Assembly (NCBI RefSeq): GCF_006345805.1 | Contig: NC_043002.1 | Location: 41,850,001 to 41,914,000, forward strand | Reading direction: 5' to 3' | Length of the DNA stretch: 64,000 nt | DNA from: Octopus sinensis | Lineage: Eukaryota | In this document: piece after piece, positions 51,301-60,008 of the stretch | How the letters are laid out: every line of letters begins with the position of its first letter | Numbering within the stretch: position 1 is the first letter of the stretch | Position numbers and translations under genes: made by a program | The notes under the pieces: model-generated | The model's database searches: none | What the model saw: only the letters and a program-made list of their open reading frames with translations | Told to the model about the DNA's origin: nothing

Positions 51301-54300
51301 CAGAATAATCATTTAAAGAGGTTTTTGTTAAATGTTGTTATTGTTTTCATTGAATAAAATTTGTTGAAAAAAGCTGCTATAATTTTGCACCAACCCAATA
51401 TATAATTATTTATGAATGAGTATGTTATGACAGTGAATACTGTTTTTGATTTCTATTTGGAAGTATTTCACTTCAATTCTACTACTAATTAATGCCTTTG
51501 GGAAAAGCACGAGTCTCAAAAAAAAAAAAAAAAAAGAAGAAGAAACCACCCTCTTCCTGATCCAGGAAAATTTACAAATTTTTATTTTCTTCATTTGGTC
51601 TTATAGTTTAGAGGGGGAAAAACCCTCCAGGGAATCTTTTCATAATTTAAGAATCTTTTGGCCATACATCCAATATTTCCTTAATGCTTTCCTGACTCAG
51701 TAGATTATGGGATATTACTTAACTTAAGCATATGTTATCATATTTTCTGTTCAAATACACTGCCTTTGTTTTAATTAATTTTGAAAATGAAGAATTTATT
51801 AAAATAATTTTGTCTTTATTAAGTTGGGGTTTGCATCGTAAATTATCATGGAATTTTAATGGAAGATAACAAAGAAATTAATTTATATTAAGCATTCTAT
51901 AACAATTATATTTGTTGTCTACTGTATTTGGGAATCTGTTGGTGTTTGAAGTTCATAATTTATTACAGTATGCCATCTGCTCACGCACTTTATAACTTCT
52001 TGTATAAACTGCTGATGATGTAGCAACTAAAATATTGGATAATTGTGTTGCCTAGTAATTATATTACTAAAATGACCAAATTTTATTGGATCAGAACCAC
52101 TACCATCATCATCATCATCACTATTGCTTCCATTATCATCATCATAATTGTTATCATCATCTCTGTTATCATTAGTATCATTGTCTCTGTTGTCATCATC
52201 ATCATCATCATATCCATCCATCACCACTGCTGCCTCCCCCACGACAAATTCTGGTAAGATTTGGACAGTGCTAAGCCTGACTTAACATTTTATTCCTCCG
52301 TGGTTTATAGACTACCTAATGGCTGCTGGTCGGAAGCTAAATTACTTTTGATTTGTTCAGTTTGTGTCTTTACTTCCAGCAGTGATTTACTAGCCCATAT
52401 AAATCACTAATGGAAGATAGGAGATTTGTTTAATTACCAATAACTAGGCTTATTCAGCAGTCAGAAGACATTGCAAATATCTTTAATTTCACCATCATTC
52501 ACCAACGCATGCAAATATTACCAGAATTTGCAATTTCTTTATTAATTGGAGCCTAATTTAGTATACAAATTAGGTTTCATTTGTGAAGTAAAGAAAAAAA
52601 AAGTAAATTTTTTAATTGTTTATCCTCAGTTTTAATAGGAATTCTGTTGAAGGCTATAGGATATTTGAGGTTAAATAAGAAAAAAATATTTATTGTTACT
52701 ATTAATTCTATACTTGGTTAATGAATAGAATGTTGAATGAAATGGCTATAAAGTAAAATTTCAACACATTTATATTTTAACCCTTTAGCATTTAAACCAA
52801 TCAAATCCGACTCAAAATATTCTACCTGCCTTACATGCAAACTGACTAGGTCTAGCTTCTCACACCTACCCTACAATATCATTCTAAAAATAAGCAAACA
52901 CATCACTAAAATCTGAAAGCTACAAGATCATGTATGATTAATTCAAAACAACAGGAATCAATAAGCATTTCTTTTGATAAAGTAATTTGAATGCTAAAGG
53001 GTTAAGCTTCAGAAGATTAACACCTACTTAAGATACTCTTTAATGTTTCTTTATCCCTGAACTGATGTATATGTTTTTGTTTTGTTTTTCATTTATTTAT
53101 TTCCTTTTTATTTATTTTTTTTTTTTAAGATTTCAATGAATGTGAAATGGTTGGCGCTTGCAGCCAGATTTGCATGAATATTCCTGGTTCTTATAAATGC
53201 AGTTGCGCTGCTGGTTACATTTTGAAACCTGATGGAAGAGGCTGTAAAGCAACAGGTAAACAATTAAATAATGCACCAAGTCAAAAACCATAGTTATTCC
53301 TAATTTTATTAACCCTTTCGTTACTGTATTTATTTTGAGATGCTCTGTGTTTCTTTCAATTAATTTTAAATATAACAAAGAATTCAGTAAAATAACTTGG
53401 TTATCGTTAAGCTAGTGTTAGGAACATAAATTGTGACTAAGGTTTGGTGGAAGATTTTAATTCAAAACTCATGCAAACAAGACATTTGTACTACAGAGCC
53501 AGAGCCAGTTTTGGCCGGGTTGGTAACGAAAGGGTTAATGTCCAGTGATCAGTGTCAAAAATCACATACAAGTAGAATTGTCTAATTAAAAAGTTCGTCA
53601 CATAACCACATAGTTCCAGTTTCAATTTTACAGTACAGAACCATGCATAGACTCAAGGTTACCAATGCCTTAGGGTAAAATTTGTTATATAGAAATAAGC
53701 AATTACACAGAGATCTTTGTGTGTATGCATATGTGTTTACCAGTATTAATTGATGTAAATACTTCATTGTACTTAAACCTAAAAAATTGTTATAAATTTT
53801 GTGAAATTTAACCATGTAAGAGAGTTCAGTGAAAGTACTTTGAAGGTGGAGCATGGCTATTGATTGCTGTTATTTGGATGTTGGCAATTTGTCATGGCTG
53901 GCTAGACATTGAACCTGTTTTGGTGGGTGTACTTTTCAGCACTGGAGGAAAAGGCTCAGATACACATGCATGCACATGCAGAAATATACATATACTGGTG
54001 GTGATAGATAGATATATAACTAAATGGATAGATAGAGACTTTATAATTCATTAATTGAACATGATCAACGTAAACACTTTCCCCTCTCCTCATACACATA
54101 AAGAGAAATACACTCACACACATAAAATGTGAGAGAGGTGGGTGGAGTAAAGAACAAGAGAAATATTTAAACGTCTGATGTCAAATGAGTCATCATCAAA
54201 TCAGCAGCACCAGAATGGCTGCACCAAAACATCACTTGCCCCTTTGTAGGTGGTTGTTTCAGCTTGGCTGCAATCCAATGACTGAAACCAGTAAAAGACT

Positions 54301-55468
54301 AACTTTTTGTTGAAATTTTCCATTTCCTATTCATTATTGTTACTTTCTCAGTTGTGCTGTTATTTTTTTTTAACATGATTACCATGCCAAGCAAAATGCT
54401 TAGCAGCAGTTCATCTGTCTTTATATTCTGAGTTCAAATTCTGATGTCGACTTTGCCTTTCATCCTTTCTGGCTCGATAAAATGAACACCAGTACAAGAC
54501 TGGGGTCAATTTAATCAATTTATCCCCACCTCAAAATTGCTGGCCTTGTGCCAAAATTTTCAATCAATATTAACACAACTGTTAATGATATAGGAACTGT
54601 TGCCATAGGACTGATAAGTATATCATACACACAAAACAGAAGGTTTTAAGTTTTATATTCATTTCTACTACACACAATGTGCTGTTCTTGTGGTGGAAAT
54701 CTTAACCCTTTTGTTACACTGTATTTATTTCGAGATGCTCTGTGTTTCTTTCATTTACTTTAAATATAACAAAGAATTTAGTAAAATAACTTAGTTATCA
54801 TTAAGCTAGTGTTAGGAACATAAATTGTGACTATGGTTTGGTGGAAGATTTTAATTCAAAACTTATGGAAACAAACATTCGTACTCAGAGCCAGAGCCGG
54901 TTTTCAGCTGGGTTAGTAACGAAAGAGTTAAGAGTGAAGAACAAAATACCTTGCTGTATTTCTTTTGATTCTTTGAGGTCAAATTCCACTGAGATCAACT
55001 TTGCCTTTTATCCTTTTGGGGTTAATTAAATGCCAGTCTCCAGGATGATGGATACTTTGTGGATTAGATGAGATACCTCACAGTATTTCTTATGACTCCT
55101 GTATGTTCTCAGTTTGTGGGTATTAGCCCTAACTATTGCCTAGTTTAACAATACCATTCTCGTCCTATTGTACTTTTATCAGAGTTTAGTGTGTTGCAAG
55201 CATATTGTCTAAATGATTGCAACACATATAAAGGGGCACTGGTACTGCCTGTCCTGTGCTGACTAAAAAGGTTAAAAAGAAGAGATGCTTAACTTTCAAA
55301 TGGCCCCATTATTTATAGGTTCTGTGGTTTTTATAATCAATGCTGATTAATGAGGATGCCATTAGCTTAATGTCCTGAGTTCAACTCTTCTCGTCACTAC
55401 AGCTTGGAAAGAAATAAAAAATTTCAGTATTTCTTCTTCCTATTTCATGCCTGGTTGCATGTAAGGCT

Positions 55469-55520
<52 letters not shown>

Positions 55521-58500
55521 CCCTCTCTCTTTCTCCTTCCTTCCTCCCTCTCTCCCTCCTTCACCCCCTCTCTTTCTTTTTCTACTCTGTCAATTGCCAT
55601 GGTTTGCAACTGGTTCCACATTCCCAATCGATTGCCCCTGCTTCTCTTTTCCAACAGTTCTTTCCTAGGTGTTCATGGGTTTTCTGCACTCTCTCCTTCA
55701 TCCAGAAGCCCATTGTCATAACTGTCATGCATTCTTTGTTAGGATCTTTCTTCAGGAACTTCAGTATTCCGTCAGCCCTCATTACTCCATAAAGAGCATA
55801 GTGCTAGTTTTTCAGTTTCTCTAACACATATTCCTCCCTGGACAGGATCCCATTTCCTGGCATAATGTGAAATGCAGTGTTTTGCTCAAGGACACAACAC
55901 AGGAATCAAAACTACAATCTTATGATCATGAGTACAATTCCCTAACCACTAAACCATGTGCCTCCACACTTAAGTATTTATTTGGTCTAAAACTTTATCA
56001 TTTAAACTGACCATGTCCTGCCCAAATATTCTGCTGGTTTTATGCTGGGACTGGCCATATTGAACCTCTCACAACTACCCTATAATGTCATTCTAAAAAT
56101 AACCACATCATTAAAATCTAAAAGCTGTGGGATAATGCATGGGTAATTCAAAACAATGCAAATAAATAAGCATTATATTGGACAGAATAATGTGAATGCT
56201 AAAGGATTACATTTCATGCATGAAATCTTAAATCATAGTACCCTCATGATTCATTAGCTTATCACAGCATGGGCAACTTTCTCCAAGAAGTGGGTTGCAT
56301 GAAACCTGGCTTATCATCAGATGAACTCACTGCTAAAAAAGAAATTGAAGGTAATTTTTTTCATTTGGCATGACATTCAGATCTCATGGGCTGCAGTATA
56401 CCCATGACTGGTTTATTGATTTCACATCATCTTCATATTCAAAAGTAAAGTGTGATATTAAAAATGACATATCTTTACATCCTGCCTAGCTAGCATGTCA
56501 TCATTTATTATGGTAGTGTTCTGTTCAGTAAATGATACAGGAATGAATAATATTAACTGCTGCCTTTGACTATAAAAATTCAATAGCTCATAAAAGAAGA
56601 AAAATAAAACCGAATGAGGAACACATTATGTACTTGCTTGACTTTCTAGAAATAGTAGTTAAATGGAAGGACACATTGAATGACAGTCTTGGATAGAGAC
56701 AGAATAATCATGCTTCATCATCATCATCATCATTGTTTAACGACCGCTTTCCATGCTAGCATGGGTTGGATGGTTCAACTGGGGTCTGGGAAGCCAGAAG
56801 GCTGCGCCAGGCCCAGTCTGATCTGGCAGTGTTTCTACAGCTGGATGCCCTTCCTAACGCCAACCACTCCGAGAGTGTAGTGGGTGCTTTTTATGTGTCA
56901 CCTGCACAGGTGCCAGACGAGGATGGCAAACGGCAGAATTAATAATTTGATCATAGGTTTCTTTGTTCAGGGATGACCTGGGGTTAAACAACAACATAGG
57001 GAAAACAAAGCAAAGCATGATAAAGGTGGATTCTCTCAGAATATGACCCTCTACTCCATTTCCACAGCAAATAAAATTGTGTACATCATTGATGTTAGTC
57101 ATATGACTGAAGAATAACTTTGGTATTTTTCTACTGTAGGTGGAGAAGTGAGTTTGATATTTGCTAATCGAATTGACATCCGGAAAGGAAATCCTGACAA
57201 AGCCGAATTTACATACATTCTAAATAACCTGGACAATGCTATAGCCATTGACTTCCACTATGATATGGGGCTGCTCTTTTGGTCAGATGTCACACTTGAT
57301 GTCATTAAACGAGCTTACATGAATGGCTCTGATATCCAAGATATTGTCCAATATGGTCTAAAGAATACAGGCAAGTCTAAACTTTTTTTATTTTATTCAT
57401 ATTTATTTATTGTTACCATAATAAAATATTTTCCTTCTTTCACCCTTATCTTTGTTATTGTTTTTCTCCTTTTCATTATTAACAGAATTTTAATGTACCA
57501 TAGGGTGTTGAGGTAAATAGTGCACCATATATAACATATGGAACAAAAACCGAAATCTTGCTGTAAATATTGTCAGAATGAGTCAACTGGGAGTGGATGA
57601 TTGGATGCTAGCAATTTGGTACGGCTGACTGGACATTGAACCTATCTAAGCAACAGTAGTTCTCAGCCCTGGGGGCAGACAAACACACACACACACACAC
57701 ACACACATAGAAATATACACATATAGATAGGGAGACTAAGAGGGAATGAAAGGGAGAGAGAGAGAGCAAGAGTACAATTTATTAATTGAGCATTCTTAAC
57801 AGAAACACTTTCCCTCTCCTGATGCACATAGAGAAAAATATGCTTACACACATAAACAGGGAGGGAGAGAGAAAAAGAGAGATTTGGAGAAAGCAGTATC
57901 ATTTAATACATCATAATGTTCCTCCCTACTTTCTCTCACTCTCACTCCAGCTTTTCTGCTCACAACACCAACATTTTAATCACTGTCAGTTCTACTTTGT
58001 TCTAAGATGTACAGAAAATCCATTGGAGAAAAAAAATTTTTTCTCTGTTTTGTCAAAATGTCACCAACCATCATATGATACATGAAGTGAAGCAGAAAGA
58101 TCAACAGAGTTCAGTCAAATAATTTAGTAGTTATAATTACAAATTAGTTGTCAACTACAATAAAAACAAAACTTTCATAGCAACAGAAGAACCCATAGAC
58201 GATGTCAATAAGCATTGCATTGAATCAGCTATGCCAAATAGACAGGCTAAAATGGCTATCCAAGACATTTCATACCCAAATATTGTTTGGGCTTAAAACG
58301 CCAAGCTAGTAAAGAAACACGGGTCTGAGAAGCTTACTTCATTATCATGCAATTTAAGGTTCAGTCCTTTTGTGTGGTACCTTAAAGTATTTCTTTCCAA
58401 AGCCTTCAGTGGTAGACCAAATCCTTCTGAGGGAAATTGGGTAAGCAGAAACTGTACTGAAGGCAGCGAGCTGGCAGAAACAGCATTTTGTCTGTCTTTA

Positions 58501-59315
58501 CGTTCTGAGTTCAAATTCTGCTGAGGTCAACTGCCTTTCATCCTTTTGGGGTCGATAAATTCAGGACCAGTTATGCACTGGGGTCGATATAATCGACTTA
58601 ATACCTATGTCTGTCCTTGTTTCTCCCCTCTGTGTTTGGCCCCTTGTGGGTAATAAAGAAATAGGTATTTCGTCTGTCTTTACGTTCTGAGTTCAAATTC
58701 TGCCAAGGTTGACTTTGCCTTTCATCCTTTCAGAGTCGATAAATTAAGTACCAGTTACACACTGGGGTCAATATAATCGACTTAATCCCTTTGTCTGTCC
58801 TTGTTTGTCCCCTCTATGTTTAGCCCCTTGTGAGCAATAAAGAAATAAGAAACTGTACTGAAGCCAGTTAGTTGGTCTATATTTCTATTGAAATACACTA
58901 TCTTCATTTTAATTAATTTTTAAAATAATGAAGAGTTTAGTAAAATAACTTTGTTGGAGATTGGAATGTAATTTAGCACAAAATTTTGATAAAATGTTTT
59001 AATTTAAATAATTTTAAAATATAGATGCAGAGATCTGATTTTTTTGACTATTCACTTTAATTTTCTGACTTGTGTAAATAAATAATTGAATGTTAAAGTT
59101 GATGTGAATCCATAAATTTTTTGACTTGAAAATAATCAGGAATAAAATTTTTTTTCAGGTGGATTGGCTGTAGACTGGATCCATAATAAACTGTTCTGGG
59201 CTGATTCTGGTACTTCTAGAATTGAAGTCGCTCAATTAGATGGTAGTAATCGAAAAGTTATCGTATGGAAAGGAGTTGACAAACCTCGTGGTATAGTGGC
59301 CCATCCTGGGAAAGG
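7240..59315 (+). CDS. LRP4: Spliced partial gene model: LDL receptor-related protein 4 (LRP4/MEGF7), LA3-LA8, EGF-A, EGF-B and start of beta-propeller 1
   Basis: Ten exons (114,114,126,120,123,117,126,126,231,157 nt) join in frame, all junctions phase 1 except the last (phase 2). Propeller segment [59 protein letters not shown]...[34 protein letters not shown] closely follows human LRP4 as I recall it ([11 protein letters not shown]...LLNNLENAIALDFHH...FWSDVTLD...[29 protein letters not shown]). No database search run. Confidence 0.93.
7790..8107 (-). mobile_element. tRNA-derived SINE, family E
   Basis: Head tggcctagtggttagagc...caggttcgaatc on the minus strand; 16-bp TSD caactgtttatc(g/a)agt (7774-7789, 8108-8123); 17-bp duplication at its 5' end. 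Confidence 0.8.
8422..8996. mobile_element. piggyBac-like MITE, family 1, interrupted by a Helitron
   Basis: TTAA at both ends; removing 8437-8792 restores ...ttaga|ttactctgtc. Confidence 0.65.
8437..8792 (-). mobile_element. Non-autonomous Helitron
   Basis: Minus strand 5'-TC...cccgagcaacgctggg hairpin...CTAG-3', inserted between A and T, no TSD. Confidence 0.8.
9110..9865 (+). mobile_element. Probable 3' end of a Tx1/L1-clade non-LTR retrotransposon with (ATT)n tail
   Basis: Degenerate peptide [23 protein letters not shown] resembles ORF2 C-termini as recalled, followed by a T-rich UTR, aataaa and ~150 bp of (ATT)n; clade assignment not searched. Confidence 0.5.
9880..10480 (+). mobile_element. 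Cluster of family-B' SINE fragments with (ATT)n tails
   Basis: Three repeats of gtcaactttgtctttcatcctt...aaataagtaccag...ccttgtgcc. Confidence 0.75.
10886..10999 (+). CDS. LRP4: LRP4 exon, LDLa repeat (LA4)
   Basis: tttcAG|ct...tgt g|GTAGGT; [37 protein letters not shown]. Confidence 0.92.
12424..13723 (+). mobile_element. Helitron 5' and 3' termini bracketing 1.3 kb of composite sequence
   Basis: A|TCctaatatataaagc at 12424; cccgagcaatgccggag...CTAG|T at 13720-13724; joining them into one element is inferred. Confidence 0.5.
15276..15921. mobile_element. Two family-A SINEs in opposite orientation
   Basis: + head 15276-15470; - copy 15480-15921 containing an internal (TA)n expansion. Confidence 0.75.
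17111..17375. repeat. Old imperfect fold-back (~120-bp arms, ~20-nt loop)
   Basis: e.g. caagtgttaaaaaa...tatactcaaaacca vs tggttttgtggtata...ttttttaacacttg; tgtttaaaca present in both arms. Confidence 0.7.
17876..18152 (-). mobile_element. tRNA-derived SINE, family D
   Basis: Similar to 1835-2170. Confidence 0.75.
18675..18905 (-). mobile_element. Family-B SINE, young copy
   Basis: 19-bp TSD ttgt(g/a)ctaaataatagatt (18656-18674, 18906-18924); CpGs retained. Confidence 0.85.
19955..19997 (-). ncRNA. Decayed minimal type-I hammerhead ribozyme motif
   Basis: Minus strand CUGU-CUGACAA-AUG GCAA CAG-GAAA-CUC A GAG-UA-ACAG; G8>A and a broken stem II base pair. Confidence 0.5.
20067..20292. mobile_element. 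Tigger/pogo-like MITE (TA TSD)
   Basis: TA|cagtaatcc...tatcgcg ... ggattactg|TA; internal 24-bp duplication. Confidence 0.75.
20356..20444 (-). ncRNA. Type-I hammerhead ribozyme motif (antisense to LRP4)
   Basis: UUUGG-CUGAUGA-AUACG-[50 nt]-CGUAU-GAAA-CAAUUG-UA-CUGAA; perfect stem II, palindromic stem III ACAAUUGU. Confidence 0.65.
20611..20699 (+). ncRNA. Type-I hammerhead ribozyme motif (sense to LRP4 pre-mRNA)
   Basis: CUGAUGA 20616-20622, stem II AUAUG/CGUAU, GAAA 20683-20686, stem III ACAAUUGU, GUA triplet with predicted cleavage after 20694. Confidence 0.65.
20895..21135 (+). mobile_element. Family-C SINE fragment
   Basis: gtggttggtgttgggaagggcatccag...ctctgccagatcagattggagcc. Confidence 0.7.
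21904..22283 (+). mobile_element. Non-autonomous Helitron, young
   Basis: A|TCtctatataaac ... cctgagcaacgccggg hairpin ... CTAG|T; CpGs retained. Confidence 0.8.
22293..22660 (+). mobile_element. Family-C SINE with an internal ~68-bp minisatellite
   Basis: aaaagcacc recurs ending at 22300, 22368, 22436 and 22499; tail catgctagcatggagaacggacgttaaacgatgatg. Confidence 0.8.
22703..22983. repeat. AT-rich fold-back element (MITE-like)
   Basis: attaagtttgaaaatggagag... vs ...ctctccattttcaaacttaat; arms pair nearly to the centre. Confidence 0.85.
23110..23375. repeat. (GT)n/(AT)n compound microsatellite
   Basis: Directly visible. Confidence 0.95.
23726..24300 (-). mobile_element. Probable non-autonomous Helitron
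   Basis: Minus-strand start tataatataaaatctgttctgtctgtctg; 3' end CTCG|T (degenerate CTAG); internal 41-bp duplication near 24035-24115. Confidence 0.55.
24679..24804 (+). CDS. LRP4: LRP4 exon, LDLa repeat (LA5)
   Basis: tttcAG|aa...tgt g|GTAAGT; [41 protein letters not shown] (CGDW motif as in vertebrate LA5). Confidence 0.93.
25248..26745 (+). mobile_element. Internally deleted pogo-family DNA transposon with a Brinker-type DNA-binding-domain remnant
   Basis: Degenerate TIRs ctgtaaaaacccatgtaattt / aaataacatgggtcttcatgg with TA flanks; 25890-26065 translates, with a frameshift and a stop, to [37 protein letters not shown]. Confidence 0.7.
26175..26393 (+). mobile_element. Family-B SINE nested in the pogo element
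   Basis: 11-bp TSD agaaactccaa (26164-26174, 26394-26404). Confidence 0.85.
27180..27570 (-). mobile_element. RTE-clade LINE fragment (RT C-terminal region)
   Basis: Degenerate minus-strand translation follows YLG.II...RI.KA..AF..L..IW...KF.IFNTN...LLY...LQ..VNRCL..I...ALW...NQ.P...I....W..LGHT. Confidence 0.7.
27640..27840 (-). mobile_element. RTE-clade LINE 3' end
   Basis: GRG.....[33 protein letters not shown]-like degenerate peptide. Confidence 0.6.
29585..31275 (+). mobile_element. Stack of co-oriented family-B' SINEs plus one family-A SINE (29836-30228)
   Basis: At least six repeats of the gagttcaaat...gtcaactttgcctttcatcc...aagtaccag core separated by (ATT)n tails; ends ~6 nt before the LA6 exon. 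Confidence 0.8.
31281..31400 (+). CDS. LRP4: LRP4 exon, LDLa repeat (LA6)
   Basis: tgccAG|gt...tgt t|GTAAGT; [39 protein letters not shown]. Confidence 0.93.
32738..33097 (+). mobile_element. Family-A SINE
   Basis: Head to tail match with 3732-4140. Confidence 0.85.
33190..33510 (+). mobile_element. RTE-clade LINE 3' end, degenerate
   Basis: [17 protein letters not shown]-type remnant, typical of RTE RT C-termini. Confidence 0.6.
34080..34283. mobile_element. piggyBac-like MITE, family 1
   Basis: TTAA|ccctttagcat ... atgctaaaggg|TTTA. Confidence 0.7.
36048..36170 (+). CDS. LRP4: LRP4 exon, LDLa repeat (LA7)
   Basis: taactAG|ca...aaa g|GTATTA; [40 protein letters not shown]. Confidence 0.92.
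38210..38520 (-). mobile_element. Family-C SINE
   Basis: Reverse complement of the 22293-22660 body. Confidence 0.75.
39180..39575 (-). mobile_element. Family-A SINE, near full length, young
   Basis: CpG-retaining reverse-complement copy of 3732-4140. Confidence 0.85.
40206..40310 (+). ncRNA. Decayed hammerhead-like motif with a long loop II
   Basis: CUC-CUGACG(A missing)-GUU-[~75 nt]-AAC-GAAA-CAGCUG-UU-GAG; palindromic stem III ACAGCUGU. Confidence 0.35.
41525..41790 (-). pseudogene. Tc1/mariner transposase C-terminal fragment, probably DD37D (maT-like)
   Basis: [22 protein letters not shown]...[15 protein letters not shown]...[20 protein letters not shown] matches the WPPxSPDLNPLDYxxW motif; subfamily is an inference. 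Confidence 0.75.
41904..42122. mobile_element. piggyBac-like MITE, family 1
   Basis: TTAA|ccctttggtat ... acactaaaggg|TTAA. Confidence 0.75.
42997..43210 (-). mobile_element. Family-B SINE inserted into a family-A head
   Basis: Flanked by ttctta on both sides (42991-42996, 43211-43216). Confidence 0.8.
43332..43828. mobile_element. hAT MITE
   Basis: 15-bp TIR CAGGGGTGGGGAAAC; 8-bp TSD ctttatac / cattatac. Confidence 0.85.
44641..45310. promoter_or_regulatory. CpG-retaining intronic island, candidate enhancer or internal promoter
   Basis: About 26 CpG in 44641-45300 vs 0 in 60241-60900 and 1 in 14401-15060 (manual counts); CACGTG at 45092, (GA)n at 45242, TCAGTC at 45297; function is inferred. 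Confidence 0.4.
45445..45830. repeat. Long (AT)n/(ATGT)n compound microsatellite
   Basis: Directly visible. Confidence 0.95.
46034..46150 (+). CDS. LRP4: LRP4 exon, LDLa repeat (LA8)
   Basis: ggcAG|gt...tgt a|GTACGT; [38 protein letters not shown] (CIGxxKLCNG as in vertebrate LA8). Confidence 0.92.
47057..47274 (-). mobile_element. Family-B SINE nested in a family-A SINE
   Basis: 12-bp TSD gcaagcttctta (47045-47056, 47275-47286); host SINE resumes at ccacacagccac. Confidence 0.85.
48507..48875 (-). mobile_element. Family-A SINE, followed by an oppositely oriented fragment (~48890-49020)
   Basis: Reverse-complement match to the family-A consensus. Confidence 0.8.
50681..50776 (+). repeat. 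4 x 24-bp tandem repeat containing the SINE B-box segment
   Basis: tgtccttcactctgagttcaaatc units at 50681, 50705, 50729 and 50753. Confidence 0.85.
50929..51054 (+). CDS. LRP4: LRP4 exon, EGF-like domain A
   Basis: ttacAG|at...gaa g|GTACAT; [41 protein letters not shown]. Confidence 0.92.
51151..51398 (+). mobile_element. Internally deleted mariner element with ~90-bp inverted arms
   Basis: TA TSD; TIR TTGGGTTGGTGCAAAA; central remnant [20 protein letters not shown] resembles a mariner transposase C-terminus. Confidence 0.85.
52781..53001. mobile_element. piggyBac-like MITE, family 1
   Basis: TTAA|ccctttagcat ... atgctaaaggg|TTAA. Confidence 0.8.
53130..53255 (+). CDS. LRP4: LRP4 exon, calcium-binding EGF domain B
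   Basis: ttttaAG|at...aca g|GTAAAC; (D)[41 protein letters not shown]. Confidence 0.93.
53313..53534. mobile_element. piggyBac-like MITE, family 2
   Basis: TTAA|ccctttcgttac ... gtaacgaaaggg|TTAA. Confidence 0.85.
54706..54927. mobile_element. piggyBac-like MITE, family 2 (second copy, same orientation)
   Basis: TTAA flanks; closely similar to 53313-53534. Confidence 0.8.
55580..55800 (-). mobile_element. Probable RTE LINE 3' end next to (CT)n
   Basis: Degenerate RPKNTWRR.VERE..W.WGT..K-like segment. Confidence 0.45.
56715..56930 (-). mobile_element. Family-C SINE
   Basis: catcatcat tail, ttccatgctagcatggg, cttcctaacgccaaccactcc. Confidence 0.8.
57140..57370 (+). CDS. LRP4: LRP4 exon, beta-propeller 1 (FWSD blade), ends at a GC donor
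   Basis: ctgtAG|gt...aca g|GCAAGT; [15 protein letters not shown]...[31 protein letters not shown]. Confidence 0.92.
57371..59158 (+). other. GC-AG intron
   Basis: Donor CAG|GCAAGT. This is the only junction near the exon end that keeps the frame and gives a gap-free NTG|GLAVDW alignment to LRP4. Confidence 0.88.
58463..58847 (+). mobile_element. Head-to-tail dimer of family-B SINEs within a single TSD
   Basis: 16-bp TSD agaaactgtactgaag (58447-58462, 58848-58863); junction aataaagaaatag|gtatttcgtc near 58663. Confidence 0.85.
59159..59315 (+). CDS. LRP4: LRP4 exon, beta-propeller 1 (FWAD blade)
   Basis: ttttcAG|gt...aaa gg|GTAACA; [51 protein letters not shown]. Confidence 0.92.
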
Positions 59316-59557
59316 GTAACACATCTTACAATTTGTAAAAAATTTCATTTTCATTTATGACTGTTTTTGCTTTGTTTCTGCTTATTAAAAAAAAAAAATT
59401 TGATCAAAAATGGTTGTAGTGTTATTATAGTGGACCACTGTCCTACAGTTATCTTTTACTTGTTTCAGTCATTTAATCAGTGGCTATGCTGATGTACTGC
59501 CATGAAGAATTTTTGAACCATTAAGTCACAGGGATGTAAACACACACACACAAACAC

Positions 59558-59594
<37 letters not shown>

Positions 59595-59595
<1 letters not shown>

Positions 59596-59807
59596 TATAA
59601 TCCCTCACCATATCGCAGCTCACCTATTGCAGTTTATTATTTAAGCTTGCGTCAATTTCTCTGTGGTTGTTTTGCATTTATTATAAAATAAATATGTACA
59701 AATTATTGAACTATACAGTACAATACTGTTTCTACTTCATGAATTATCACCTATCGCAGGAGGTGGGGGAGGGGTATGTAACACCCGCGATAATCGAGGG
59801 ATTACTG
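59595..59807. mobile_element. Tigger/pogo-like MITE
   Basis: aatccctcaccatatcgc ... gcgataatcgagggattactg|TA; related to 20067-20292. Confidence 0.7.
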
Positions 59808-59950
59808 TATATATTTCTACATGGTGATACAAAAAGTTTCTACACTAATTATGTCATCCTTACTAGCATTTGAACTTATTATATAAAGGCAGTGAAAATA
59901 CAGCTAAGCATTTTGTTCAGCATGCTAATGATTCTGCCAGCTCACCAACC

Positions 59951-60008
<58 letters not shown>

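Noticed and set aside
57375-57376. GT as the real donor of the propeller exon
   Set aside because: It adds 4 nt and shifts the frame; the context is also poor.
57371-57516. 3' extension of ORF 57148-57516 as a transmembrane-like tail
   Set aside because: It is read-through past the GC donor into T-rich intron; LRP4 homology resumes at 59159.
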